From assembly GCA_041661505.1 (NCBI GenBank), contig JBAZUF010000002.1:76201-140200 (forward strand): a DNA stretch of 64,000 bases, given 5' to 3'. Position numbers and translations under genes: made by a program. Below the pieces are notes generated by a model that was given only the letters and a program-made list of their open reading frames with translations, did no database searches and was not told the origin of the DNA. Position 1 is the stretch's first letter, and every line of letters begins with the position of its first letter. Shown piece by piece: positions 29,289 to 38,743 of the stretch. The stretch is from Patescibacteria group bacterium (GTDB lineage: Bacteria; Patescibacteriota; Patescibacteriia; Patescibacteriales; JBAZCA01).

Positions 29289-29687
29289 ATGGAAAAACCT
29301 ATGCTAGACAAAGACACTAAGCAAAGAATCATTAACAAGTTCAAAGTCCACGAGACTGACACCGGATCTTCCCAGGTTCAAATCGCAATTTTGACCGAAG
29401 AAATCAAACGCCTAACTGACCATTTAAAATCGCATAAACACGACCATTCTTCCCGCCGGGGACTCTTAAAGAAAGTCGGCGAGAGAAGAAAACTTTTAAA
29501 ATATCTCCAAAAGGAGAGTGAAGAGGCCTTCCGCGAATTGGCCAAAAAGCTCAAGCTGAAAATCGCCAAAAAAATGATTGAAGACGAAGAAGAGGAAAGA
29601 AAACGGCTGGAAGAAGAGCTGGGGCCCAAGGTTGAAACCGAAGAAACGGCTGTCGAAACCCAGACTGAAGAAAAAGAGAAAAAGTAA
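29289..29687 (+). CDS. rpsO: 30S ribosomal protein S15 with about 45-aa Lys/Glu-rich C-terminal extension
   Basis: S15 core [53 protein letters not shown], then a charged tail. Alternative start at 29301. Confidence 0.9.
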   Translation: MEKPMLDKDTKQRIINKFKVHETDTGSSQVQIAILTEEIKRLTDHLKSHKHDHSSRRGLLKKVGERRKLLKYLQKESEEAFRELAKKLKLKIAKKMIEDEEEERKRLEEELGPKVETEETAVETQTEEKEKK

Positions 29688-29696
29688 TTTAAATTC

Positions 29697-30209
29697 ATGA
29701 TTAAACACAAGGAACAGCGGGTGGGAGTATTAGTGGATGTTTCCAACATGTACCACTCGGCTAAGAATCTCTATAAAAAACGGGTAAACTTCGGGGAAAT
29801 ATTAAAAGCGGGCGTGGCCGGCCGGAAATTAATCCGGGCGGTAGCTTATGTTATCCGCACCGAAACCGAAGAAGAAGCGCATTTTTTTGAAGCTTTAAGC
29901 CAGCAAGGCTTTGAAGTTGAAATGAAAGACCTGCAGATTTTCGCCGGCGGAATAAAAAAAGCCGATTGGGACGTCGGTATCGCGATTGACGCGATTAAAT
30001 TAGGCAACAAGCTGGATGTTATCGTCTTAGTTTCCGGCGACGGCGATTATATTCCCTTGGTAAATTATCTGCAAAACACCATGGGCTGTATCGTTGAAGT
30101 AATGGCTTTCCGCCAGACTACTTCATCCAAACTCATAGAAGCCGCCGACGATTTTACCAATTTAAGCGAGAGCAAGAAATTTTTACTGAATCAAGGCAAT
30201 TACAAGTAA
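29697..30209 (+). CDS. NYN domain (LabA/DUF88-like) protein
   Basis: VGVLVDVSNMY...DVGIAIDAI...VLVSGDGDYIPLV. Confidence 0.8.
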   Translation: MIKHKEQRVGVLVDVSNMYHSAKNLYKKRVNFGEILKAGVAGRKLIRAVAYVIRTETEEEAHFFEALSQQGFEVEMKDLQIFAGGIKKADWDVGIAIDAIKLGNKLDVIVLVSGDGDYIPLVNYLQNTMGCIVEVMAFRQTTSSKLIEAADDFTNLSESKKFLLNQGNYK

Positions 30210-30293
30210 GCGATAGATTCACATATTTTCATCGTTCATTTGACAACAACGCGTGGCGGGTTTGCCCGCTACAAAAACAAAGGAGGGAAACAG

Positions 30294-30575
30294 ATGAGCA
30301 AAAAGGCTTTTTTGGCGACTGATGTCTGTGGTATGAGAACCGGACTGAATATTCTTGTCATTCCCCAGGAAAGCGGAAACAGTCTGGCAGTACACATTGC
30401 GGATGAAATATGGATTGAAGAAGAGAAAGGACGGCCAGGGCCGGAAAAAGTTGGACTGGCCGAAATCAATCTCCCCGTAGCGCTCTACGTGGAAGTAATC
30501 TGTGGCTACAAAGCCAATGTCTTATTCGACCATGTCATGGCGCGCCTGAAGGAGCTGGTCAAAAAAACAGAATGA
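30294..30575 (+). CDS. hypothetical 93-aa protein in a GC-rich cassette
   Basis: AGGAGGG lies 6 nt upstream of ATG 30294. Followed by a terminator. No family recognised. Confidence 0.5.
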   Translation: MSKKAFLATDVCGMRTGLNILVIPQESGNSLAVHIADEIWIEEEKGRPGPEKVGLAEINLPVALYVEVICGYKANVLFDHVMARLKELVKKTE

Positions 30576-30622
30576 AGGCGGAGAACACTACAAAACAATA
30601 GTGCGAATAAGCTCATTTTGTA

Positions 30623-30652
30623 GCGGGCGCAACCATTGGCCCGCAATCTTTT
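30623..30652 (+). terminator. rho-independent terminator of the small-ORF cassette
   Basis: GCGGGC-N10-GCCCGC then AATCTTTT. Confidence 0.65.
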
Positions 30653-30807
30653 AAAGAACCAGTTTACATAAATAAAAAAATCATTTAAAGTCGTTTATTA
30701 ACAATTAAATCCTGCCGTTGGCAGGTTAACTAAATAACTTGGCCGCCGGATACAAAGGCTCGTGAGATAATCTCATAGTCTCCAATCTGTCGGCCAGGCA
30801 AAAAACT

Positions 30808-33093
30808 ATGCAAGGAAAAGAGCAAGTTTTCGAGATGGAGTGGCTTGGCCGCCCTCTAACAATTAAAACCGGCCGGCTCGCGAAACAAGCGCACGCCGCC
30901 GTAACGGTCCAATACGGAGAGACCGTGGTTTTGGCTACCGTAGTCGAAGCCAAACAGGCTAAGGAAGGGATTGATTACTTCCCTTTAATGGTGGATTTTG
31001 AAGAAAGGCTTTACGCCGCCGGGGTAATTAAAGGTTCCCGCTGGGTTAAAAGAGAAGGCCGCCCGACTGACGACGCGGTTTTAGCCGGCCGGATGATTGA
31101 CCGTTCAATCCGTCCTTTGTTTGACGAAGCATCAAAAAAGGACGTGCAGGTTATTTTAACCATCCTTTCCGCTGACCGGGAAAACGACCATGATATCGTC
31201 GCCTTAAACGCCGCTTCGGCCGCCCTATCCATTTCCGGATTGAACTGGCACGGCCCCTTAGGCGGAGTCCGGGTCGGACGCGTTGAAGGTAAATTCGTAT
31301 TTAACCCGACTTACGAAGAAAGGGAAAAAAGCGATTTGGATTTAATTGTCGCCGGCACAAAGGAAAGAGTAATCATGATTGAAGCCGGAGCTTCGGAAGT
31401 AAAAGAAGAAGAAATCTACGAAGCCATCTTAGCCGGACAAAAAGAATTACTGGGCTCAATCAAGCTGATTGAGGAATTAAAGAAAAAAATTGGCAAGACT
31501 TACGAAGCCCGGGAAAAGAAAAAAGTTTTGGACGAAGAGGAAATGAAAAAGGAAGCGGAAAAAGACGCCGCTTTTGAATTAGCGCGCAAATGGCTGGAAA
31601 AAAATGTCCAAAAAATTCTTTTTGACAAAGAGCACTATACTAAGGGCGAAAGAAAATTAGCTGTTGCCGCCATTAAAGAAAGTCTGGAAGAATATCTCTT
31701 AAACGAAAAAGTGCATAAGGACTTAAGACATAAAGCTATTAAAGAATTAGTCGAGCCGGCGATTGAAGCCGAAGTGACTCGCGGCATCTTAGAAAAAAAA
31801 CAGCGGGTGGATGGAAGAAAGCTGGATGAAATCCGCTTACTTGAAGCCTCGACCAGTATCTTGCCGAGAAACCACGGCTCCGGCCTCTTTAACCGCGGCG
31901 AGACCCAAGTTTTGTCGGTCGTAACTTTAGGCGCGCCGGGACTGGAACAATCTTTGGAAGGCATTGAAGGCGTTGGCACTAAAAGGTTCATGCACCATTA
32001 TACTTTCCCGCCTTATTCGGTCGGCGAAGTTAAATTTATCGGCTCAACCGGACGCCGGGAAATCGGCCACGGCGCTTTGGCCGAAAAAGCTCTAGCCGGC
32101 ATGATTCCGGATAAAGAAACTTTCCCCTATACTATCCGCGTAGTTTCGGAAACTTTAGGCTCAAACGGCTCATCCTCCCAGGCTTCGGTCTGCGGTTCTT
32201 CTTTAGCTTTGATGGACGCCGGCGTACCGATTAAAAAAGCCGTAGCCGGAATCGCTATGGGCCTGGCTTCAATTCCAGACATGTCAAAATGGGAAGTCCT
32301 AACCGATATCCAGGACTTGGAAGACGGTAAAGGCGGCATGGACTTTAAGATCGCCGGCACCCGCGAAGGAATTACGGCTATCCAGCTTGATACAAAAACC
32401 ATTGGGCTGGATAAAGATATAATAAAAAAGACGCTGGAGCAGGGAAAAAAGGCAAGAATGAAAATTTTAGATGTTATGGAAAAGGAAATTTCCGAACCGC
32501 GTCCGGAATTGTCAAAATACGCTCCGCGCATTACTACCTTGCGCATTCATCCGGATAAAATCCGCGAGGTTATCGGCACCGGCGGAAAAATCATTAACGC
32601 GATTATTGCCGCGACCGGCGTATCGATCGATATCGACGACGACGGATTAGTAATGATCTGCGGCACGGACGCCGAGAAAGCCAAAGAAGCTTACGAATGG
32701 GTGAATAACATTGTCCGCGAAGTCGAACCCGGAGAAATCTTTACCGGAAAAGTTGTCAGAATGTTAGACTTCGGCGCTTTCGTTGAAATTCTCCCGAACC
32801 GCGACGGCATGGTGCATGTCTCGGAAATGGCCCCTTACCGGGTTGGCAAGCCTTCTGACTTTTTAGAGATTGGCCAAACTGTTTCGGTTAAAATAAAAGA
32901 AATCGACGACCAGGGCCGGGTTAACCTGACAATGAAAATTCCGGAAAACGAAGCCCTCTGGGTCGGAGAAAAAGGAAAACAGGAAGGCAACGGCTTTGGA
33001 AATGGCGGCGAGCACCGCCCCCGCCGGGCTTTTGGCGGCGGCGGACGCGGCGGAGACCGTGATCGCGGTTCGAGACCTCCGAGAAGATTCTAA
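30808..33093 (+). CDS. pnp: polyribonucleotide nucleotidyltransferase (PNPase) with Arg/Gly-rich C-terminal tail
   Basis: Two RNase PH domains, KH and S1 domains. The tail is GFGNGGEHRPRRAFGGGGRGGDRDRGSRPPRRF. Confidence 0.95.
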   Translation: MQGKEQVFEMEWLGRPLTIKTGRLAKQAHAAVTVQYGETVVLATVVEAKQAKEGIDYFPLMVDFEERLYAAGVIKGSRWVKREGRPTDDAVLAGRMIDRSIRPLFDEASKKDVQVILTILSADRENDHDIVALNAASAALSISGLNWHGPLGGVRVGRVEGKFVFNPTYEEREKSDLDLIVAGTKERVIMIEAGASEVKEEEIYEAILAGQKELLGSIKLIEELKKKIGKTYEAREKKKVLDEEEMKKEAEKDAAFELARKWLEKNVQKILFDKEHYTKGERKLAVAAIKESLEEYLLNEKVHKDLRHKAIKELVEPAIEAEVTRGILEKKQRVDGRKLDEIRLLEASTSILPRNHGSGLFNRGETQVLSVVTLGAPGLEQSLEGIEGVGTKRFMHHYTFPPYSVGEVKFIGSTGRREIGHGALAEKALAGMIPDKETFPYTIRVVSETLGSNGSSSQASVCGSSLALMDAGVPIKKAVAGIAMGLASIPDMSKWEVLTDIQDLEDGKGGMDFKIAGTREGITAIQLDTKTIGLDKDIIKKTLEQGKKARMKILDVMEKEISEPRPELSKYAPRITTLRIHPDKIREVIGTGGKIINAIIAATGVSIDIDDDGLVMICGTDAEKAKEAYEWVNNIVREVEPGEIFTGKVVRMLDFGAFVEILPNRDGMVHVSEMAPYRVGKPSDFLEIGQTVSVKIKEIDDQGRVNLTMKIPENEALWVGEKGKQEGNGFGNGGEHRPRRAFGGGGRGGDRDRGSRPPRRF

Positions 33094-33111
33094 ATATTTA
33101 TTGCGCATATC

Positions 33112-33147
33112 AAAACACCTCGCACAAACGCGGGGTGTTTTCTTTTC
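33112..33147 (+). terminator. rho-independent terminator after pnp
   Basis: AAACACCTCGC-ACAAAC-GCGGGGTGTTT then a T-rich run. Confidence 0.75.
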
Positions 33148-33175
33148 TTGACCCTGCGCCCCACTGCGATATAAT
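33148..33175 (+). promoter_or_regulatory. candidate promoter for the galT-like gene
   Basis: TTGACC, 16-nt spacer, TATAAT. Confidence 0.5.
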
Positions 33176-33280
33176 GAATTCAGGCTAATGGCATGTTTAA
33201 TCGCAAGCAGTTGTTTTTAACAACGGATATTTCTAAGGATTAAAATAAATTGAGCGCGTTAATTCCGTAACTATAAACTT

Positions 33281-34198
33281 ATGACTTCTGAATACCGCAA
33301 GCAATATTTTTTAAACAAGTATGTTTTAATTACCCCGGGACGGGCTAAGCGCCCGCATGAAATATTGGAACAAAGCCTGGAAGTTTCTAATTTTAAGTGC
33401 GAGTTCTGCCCCGAAGCGATTGAAAAAAGCGAATTGATAAAAACTTACGGGAAAGAAAAGCCCTGGAGCCTGGCAGTCTTGTCAAATAAATTTCCGGCAG
33501 TTGAATTAAAAAACGATAAGGCTTACGGCGTCCAAGAAATAATCGTCGAAACTCCGATCCATGAAAAACAATTCTCCAGCCTCGATATCGAACATCTCAC
33601 TCTTTATTTTGAGGTGTTAGCCGACCGGCTAAAAGAAATCTCCAAAGACAAAAAAATTGAATATGTTTTAGAGTTTAAAAACCACGGCTCTAAAGCCGGC
33701 GCTTCGATTAAGCACGAACATTCCCAAATTTTCGCCACTAACATCCTGCCGCCGGATATTTTAGAAGAATTAAAACTCGCGCAAAATTATAAAATTGAGC
33801 ACAACGCCTGCCCTTATTGCGATATTCTAAAAAAAGAGCTATCCGGCCCGAGAAAAATTTACGAAGACAGGCTAGCCGGAGCTTTCGCGCCCTTCGCGCC
33901 CGAATACCATTACGAAGCCTGGATTTTTACCAAGCGGCACGTAGATAATATTTCCCAAACAACCGCCGGAGAAAAAGAATCTTTGGCTCAATGCCTGAAG
34001 CTGATACTAGAGAAACTTAATTCCGCCGGCATTGATTATAATTTTTTCCTTCACCAGGTTGTTTCGCAAAAAGACCAGCATTTCTATATTAAAGTCCAGC
34101 CCCGCGACAAAAATATCTGGGGAGGCGTTGAACTCGGTTCGGGGCTGGTAATTAATTCTGTTTCTCCGGAAAAAGCCGCCGAATTCTATCAAAAATAA
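33281..34198 (+). CDS. galactose-1-phosphate uridylyltransferase-like (HIT superfamily) protein
   Basis: HxHxQ motif KHEHSQIF and an N-terminal CxxC (CEFCPE). 305 aa. Confidence 0.75.
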   Translation: MTSEYRKQYFLNKYVLITPGRAKRPHEILEQSLEVSNFKCEFCPEAIEKSELIKTYGKEKPWSLAVLSNKFPAVELKNDKAYGVQEIIVETPIHEKQFSSLDIEHLTLYFEVLADRLKEISKDKKIEYVLEFKNHGSKAGASIKHEHSQIFATNILPPDILEELKLAQNYKIEHNACPYCDILKKELSGPRKIYEDRLAGAFAPFAPEYHYEAWIFTKRHVDNISQTTAGEKESLAQCLKLILEKLNSAGIDYNFFLHQVVSQKDQHFYIKVQPRDKNIWGGVELGSGLVINSVSPEKAAEFYQK

Positions 34199-34331
34199 AC
34201 GCCTTTGATAAACAATAAGGCTGAAATTGAAAAGAATGTTAATTGCTGATATACTTTACTTAAATCGGCAATTATTTTTTAATAGCAATTAATTTTCATT
34301 CCAGCCTGCGTTGCCCATTTATCCATATTTT

Positions 34332-37241
34332 ATGACTTTCAGACATTTGGCCAATAAAACCAGAACCAATCAAAACTGGAGAGATTCTAAAAAATACTAC
34401 GTCAAAGGGCCGGGCGGTGGCGGGCGGCGTAAAAAGACCTCTATATTATCCCTTCTTCTTTCCCGGAGAATGTTCAAGGCCTATTTTTACTTGTTTGCGG
34501 GAACAGCCTTATTTATCCTAATATCTATCGCCGTTTTGTCCAGCGGCCTGCCTGATCCCAAACGCTTGATGACCCGCGAAGTTGCCCAAAGCACAAAAAT
34601 TTACGACCGCACCGGACAAACCGTGCTCTATGAAGTATATGGAGACGAAAAGCGAACTTTAGTCAACCTGAATGACATTCCGGATTACGTGAAGAACGCG
34701 ACTATCGCCGTTGAAGACAAGGATTTTTACAAGCACGGAGGATTTAGCTTGTGGGCGATATTTAGGACCGCGGTTACGGACGTTTTATTCGGGAAAAAAG
34801 CCGGCGGCTCAACCCTGACCCAGCAATTCATAAAAAACGCGGTCTTAACCAACGAAAAAACCGTTACCAGAAAACTAAAGGAGTTGATTTTGGCTTACCG
34901 GGCGGAAAAAAAATTCACCAAAAACGAAATTCTCCAGATGTATTTTAATGAAATTCCCTATGGCTCTACGGCTTACGGAGTCGAAGCCGCCTCGCAAAAA
35001 TATTTTGGCAAACCGGTAAAAAACGCAACCCTGGGCGAAGCGGCAATTTTAGCCGCCCTGCCCCAGGCCCCCAGTTTTTACTCGCCTTACGGCCCGAATC
35101 TGGACAGGCTTTTTGACCGCCAAAAATATATTTTGGGTTTAATGGCCGAGCAAGGATACATTTCAAAAGACCAGGCCGAAACTGCCAAAAATGAAAAAAT
35201 TGTCTTCAAGGAACAAGACAATAATATTCTAGCCCCGCATTTTGTCATGTATATTAAAGCGCTTTTATCGGATAAGTATGGGGAAAAAATGGTTGAACAG
35301 GGCGGTTTAAAAATTTATACCACATTAGACCTCTATAAGCAGAAAGCGGCCGAAGAAGTGATCGCGGAAAAAGCGCCGGCTAACCAGTCTAAGTACGACG
35401 CCTGGAACGCGAGCCTGGTCTCGATTGACCCTAAAACCGGCCAAGTATTGGCCATGGTCGGCTCCAAAGACTTTTTTGGGGAATCACAGCCGGCTAATTG
35501 CGTTTCCGGAAAGAGCTGCAAATTTGAGCCTAATGACAATGTAGCCTTGCGCCTGCGCCAGCCCGGCTCGTCCCTTAAACCAGCCGTATATGCCACCGCC
35601 TTTTTAAGAGGCTATACTCCGGACACCATCCTTTATGACGTGGTTACTAATTTTTCGACTGACCCGTCCAATCCTTATGAACCGCATAATTACAATTTAA
35701 AAGAGTACGGGCCGATTTCCATGCGCCGGGCGCTGGCCGGCTCCTTAAACGTTCCGGCGGTAAAAACGATTTATCTGGCCGGAATCGGAAATGTTATTGA
35801 CGTAGTTAATGACCTGGGCTATACCACCCTAAAAGATAAAGACCGGTTTGGGTTATCTTTGGTTTTAGGCGGAGGCGAAGTAAAGCTTCTGGAGCATACT
35901 AACGCTTACGGAGTTTTTGCCCGGGACGGAGTCTATCATCCGGTTTCGCTGATTTTAAAAGTAGAGGATAAAAACGGCAATGTCCTGGAAGAGTATAAAA
36001 ACCAGGAAAGCACAGTTTTAAATCCCCAGGTTGCCCGGCAAATAAACAGCATTCTGTCCGATAATAACGCCCGCTCATACATCTTTAGTCCGAGTAATTA
36101 CCTTACTTTAGGCGGCCGGCCGGTCGCGGCCAAGACTGGAACTACCAACGACTACCGCGATGCCTGGACGCTCGGGTTCACCCCGTCTATAGTAACCGGG
36201 GTTTGGGTCGGCAATAATAATAATTCGCCGATGAAGCGCGGCGCGGACGGATCAGTGGTAGCGGCGCCCATCTGGAATGCCTATATGAAAAGAGTTTTAG
36301 GCGATACGCCGGTTGAATATTTTAAAGCGCCGGACCCGGTTAGAACCGGCAAGCCGGTTTTGGATGGCAGTGCCGGACAGGTGGTAAAAATCGACAAGTA
36401 TTCCGGCCTTTTAGCCACGGAAAATACGCCGCCAGACCAAGTGATCGAAAAAACCTTTCAAGACCCGCATTGCATCCTTTACTATGTCAACAAGAACGAC
36501 CCAAGAGGCGCTTACCCCAAAAGTCCCGCTGACGACCCCCAATTTAGCCTGTGGGAGGGCGCTGTGCAGTCTTGGGCTAAGAGAACGGGTGTTGTTGCCA
36601 CCTCGACGCCTCCGACCGAAAAGGACAATATCCACTTGCCTGAAAACAAGCCCGCGCTTTTCATTACCAACCTTGAAGACGGACAAACCATTACTTCCTC
36701 TTTACTCGATATTTCTATTAATGCCCAAGCGCCGCGCGGGATCGCCAAGGCGGAATATTATTTTGACGGATCATTGGCTTTTACTAACACCCAATTTCCT
36801 TTTAACTTTAACCAGGAGATTGACTTCCTTTCTAACGGCTTCCATAAATTAAAAGTTCGGGTTTGCGACGACGCGAACAACTGCGCGGAAAGCGAATTAA
36901 ATTTAAATATTAATTTAAGCAATCAAACTCAAAAATTTAGCTTAAAATGGATTGAGCCGGCTAACGGGGCGGTATTGAGCGTAAATGACTTTCCTATTAA
37001 TCTAGCCTTAAAATCCGATGACTATAAAGACATAAAAAAGGTTAATTTTTATTTTGCTAAAGCTGATGGTTCTTCGCCAACCCTGATAGGATCGGTTACA
37101 TCCCCCCAAAACAGCATTATAAACGCTTCCTGGGCCCAGCCGCCGACGACCGGATCGGGTGATTATAAAGTTTACGCCATTATCCACTCCAAAAACGGCG
37201 CGGTCAAAAAATCAGACGAAAGAAACGTGTTTATTAAATAG
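34332..37241 (+). CDS. class A penicillin-binding protein (transglycosylase/transpeptidase) with long C-terminal extension
   Basis: GT51 motifs (AVEDKDFYKHGG, GGSTLTQQ) and transpeptidase motifs (SSLKP, KTGTT). The ORF opens at TTG 34311; ATG 34332 is preferred. Confidence 0.9.
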   Translation: MTFRHLANKTRTNQNWRDSKKYYVKGPGGGGRRKKTSILSLLLSRRMFKAYFYLFAGTALFILISIAVLSSGLPDPKRLMTREVAQSTKIYDRTGQTVLYEVYGDEKRTLVNLNDIPDYVKNATIAVEDKDFYKHGGFSLWAIFRTAVTDVLFGKKAGGSTLTQQFIKNAVLTNEKTVTRKLKELILAYRAEKKFTKNEILQMYFNEIPYGSTAYGVEAASQKYFGKPVKNATLGEAAILAALPQAPSFYSPYGPNLDRLFDRQKYILGLMAEQGYISKDQAETAKNEKIVFKEQDNNILAPHFVMYIKALLSDKYGEKMVEQGGLKIYTTLDLYKQKAAEEVIAEKAPANQSKYDAWNASLVSIDPKTGQVLAMVGSKDFFGESQPANCVSGKSCKFEPNDNVALRLRQPGSSLKPAVYATAFLRGYTPDTILYDVVTNFSTDPSNPYEPHNYNLKEYGPISMRRALAGSLNVPAVKTIYLAGIGNVIDVVNDLGYTTLKDKDRFGLSLVLGGGEVKLLEHTNAYGVFARDGVYHPVSLILKVEDKNGNVLEEYKNQESTVLNPQVARQINSILSDNNARSYIFSPSNYLTLGGRPVAAKTGTTNDYRDAWTLGFTPSIVTGVWVGNNNNSPMKRGADGSVVAAPIWNAYMKRVLGDTPVEYFKAPDPVRTGKPVLDGSAGQVVKIDKYSGLLATENTPPDQVIEKTFQDPHCILYYVNKNDPRGAYPKSPADDPQFSLWEGAVQSWAKRTGVVATSTPPTEKDNIHLPENKPALFITNLEDGQTITSSLLDISINAQAPRGIAKAEYYFDGSLAFTNTQFPFNFNQEIDFLSNGFHKLKVRVCDDANNCAESELNLNINLSNQTQKFSLKWIEPANGAVLSVNDFPINLALKSDDYKDIKKVNFYFAKADGSSPTLIGSVTSPQNSIINASWAQPPTTGSGDYKVYAIIHSKNGAVKKSDERNVFIK

Positions 37242-37321
37242 CCTATAGAACGAGCCAATATAAAAGAGTCTGGTGTTTTACCAGACTCTTTTTTGAAAAC
37301 ATTTTTTTACGCTTCACCCAC

Positions 37322-38464
37322 CTATCTTTTTATCGGCATGATTATATATAAATAATCCGGGTCCCCTTCGGGCTTTAAGAGGCAGGGCGAATTATTATCT
37401 ACCACTTCCAGCCTAACCATATCGCTCTTTATGTTATTTAGCCCGTCTAAAAGATACCGATAATTCAAAACCAGGGCATTATCCAATCCTTTGGTGGCGG
37501 CTTCGATCTCGGCCAAATTTTCTCCAATATAATCCGAACATGAAGAGATAATAATTTTATTCTTTCCCTCGGGAATGTCCATGTTAATATCATTCACTTC
37601 GCTTCGGGAGAATATCGAAGAGGTCTTGGTGGCCCGCAATAACTCCTGCCGGCTGATTAAAATTTCAGTCTTTTTTGCCTTGGGGATAATCTGTGTATAG
37701 TCGGGAAATTGGCCTTCAATCAGGCGCGAAACCAATTCAGTTGATCCAAACTTAAACAATATCTGGTTTTCCGATATGTAGCATTTTACGTCTTTTTCCC
37801 CGTCCAGCATCTCATCTTCTTCGCCAATATTGCTTAAAATTCTAATTACTTCTTGGACCGTCCTCGCTGGAACGATTATTTTTCTGTCTTCAATATCTTT
37901 ATCGGCGTTGCTTTTTACGATAATTTTTTTCTCGGCCAGCCGATAACTATCAGTGGCGGCTAAAGTTAATTTTTCTCGGTTAAAAGTAAAAAACACTCCG
38001 GATAATTCAAGGCGGGACTCATTCCCTGAAGCCGCGAATATTACTTGTGAAAGGGCGCTTTTTAATTCCTCGGCGCTGGCGATAGCGTAATAAGTATTTT
38101 TTTCCACGCTGGGAATTAAAGGAAAGTCGTCTGACGGCTGTCCGTTTATTTTAGTTTTATATTTGCCGCAGGCCACGGCAATATGGTTGTCTTTTTGTTC
38201 TAAGTCAACTTTTTCGTTAGGCAGGAGGCCGATATAATTAGTTAAAATTTTAGCGTCGACCGTAAAGCCGCCCTCTTTTTCAATCTTCCCCCGAATTGAA
38301 TGGGTTACTCCTATCTCAAGGTTGGTCGAAACTAAAGTAATCATTCCCTTTTCAGCCTTAATTAAAACGTTGTTTAAAATCGGCAGGTTAATATTTTTAC
38401 TGGTAATATTGCCAACCAAACCCAATCCCCGCTTAAAGTTTTTTTCCAGTATTGAAATTTTCAT
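37322..38464 (-). CDS. dnaN: DNA polymerase III beta sliding clamp
   Basis: 380 aa, downstream of dnaA, with a typical DnaN N-terminus. Confidence 0.95.
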   Translation of the reverse strand: MKISILEKNFKRGLGLVGNITSKNINLPILNNVLIKAEKGMITLVSTNLEIGVTHSIRGKIEKEGGFTVDAKILTNYIGLLPNEKVDLEQKDNHIAVACGKYKTKINGQPSDDFPLIPSVEKNTYYAIASAEELKSALSQVIFAASGNESRLELSGVFFTFNREKLTLAATDSYRLAEKKIIVKSNADKDIEDRKIIVPARTVQEVIRILSNIGEEDEMLDGEKDVKCYISENQILFKFGSTELVSRLIEGQFPDYTQIIPKAKKTEILISRQELLRATKTSSIFSRSEVNDINMDIPEGKNKIIISSCSDYIGENLAEIEAATKGLDNALVLNYRYLLDGLNNIKSDMVRLEVVDNNSPCLLKPEGDPDYLYIIMPIKR

Positions 38465-38565
38465 ATATGAATTTGAGATCGCTTGTGAGTTTAAATTACG
38501 GCTTTAACCCAGCGGCAAAAAATTAATAAATTAATATAATATAAGATAGTAATAGTAATAAGCGG

Positions 38566-38729
38566 TGTTGATAACTGTTAATAATCTTAATTTAATCTTA
38601 ATCTTAGCCTTAATCCCGCCTTAATAATCCCGGGAAAACCTCTTAATCTAGCTTGTTGAAGAAAAGTGGATAACCCGGCATTCTGAAATCGCCGGGTATA
38701 ACCTGTTATCAACTAAGGAGTTATACACC
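38566..38729. other. dnaA-dnaN spacer: DnaA-box-like sites plus five CTTAAT hexamers phased about 11 bp (candidate oriC part)
   Basis: TGTTGATAA (38566), AGTGGATAA (38665), TTATCAACT (38706), TTATACACC (38721). CTTAAT at 38586, 38597, 38609, 38620 and 38642. Confidence 0.5.
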
Positions 38730-38743
38730 CCTATCTCCCCAGC

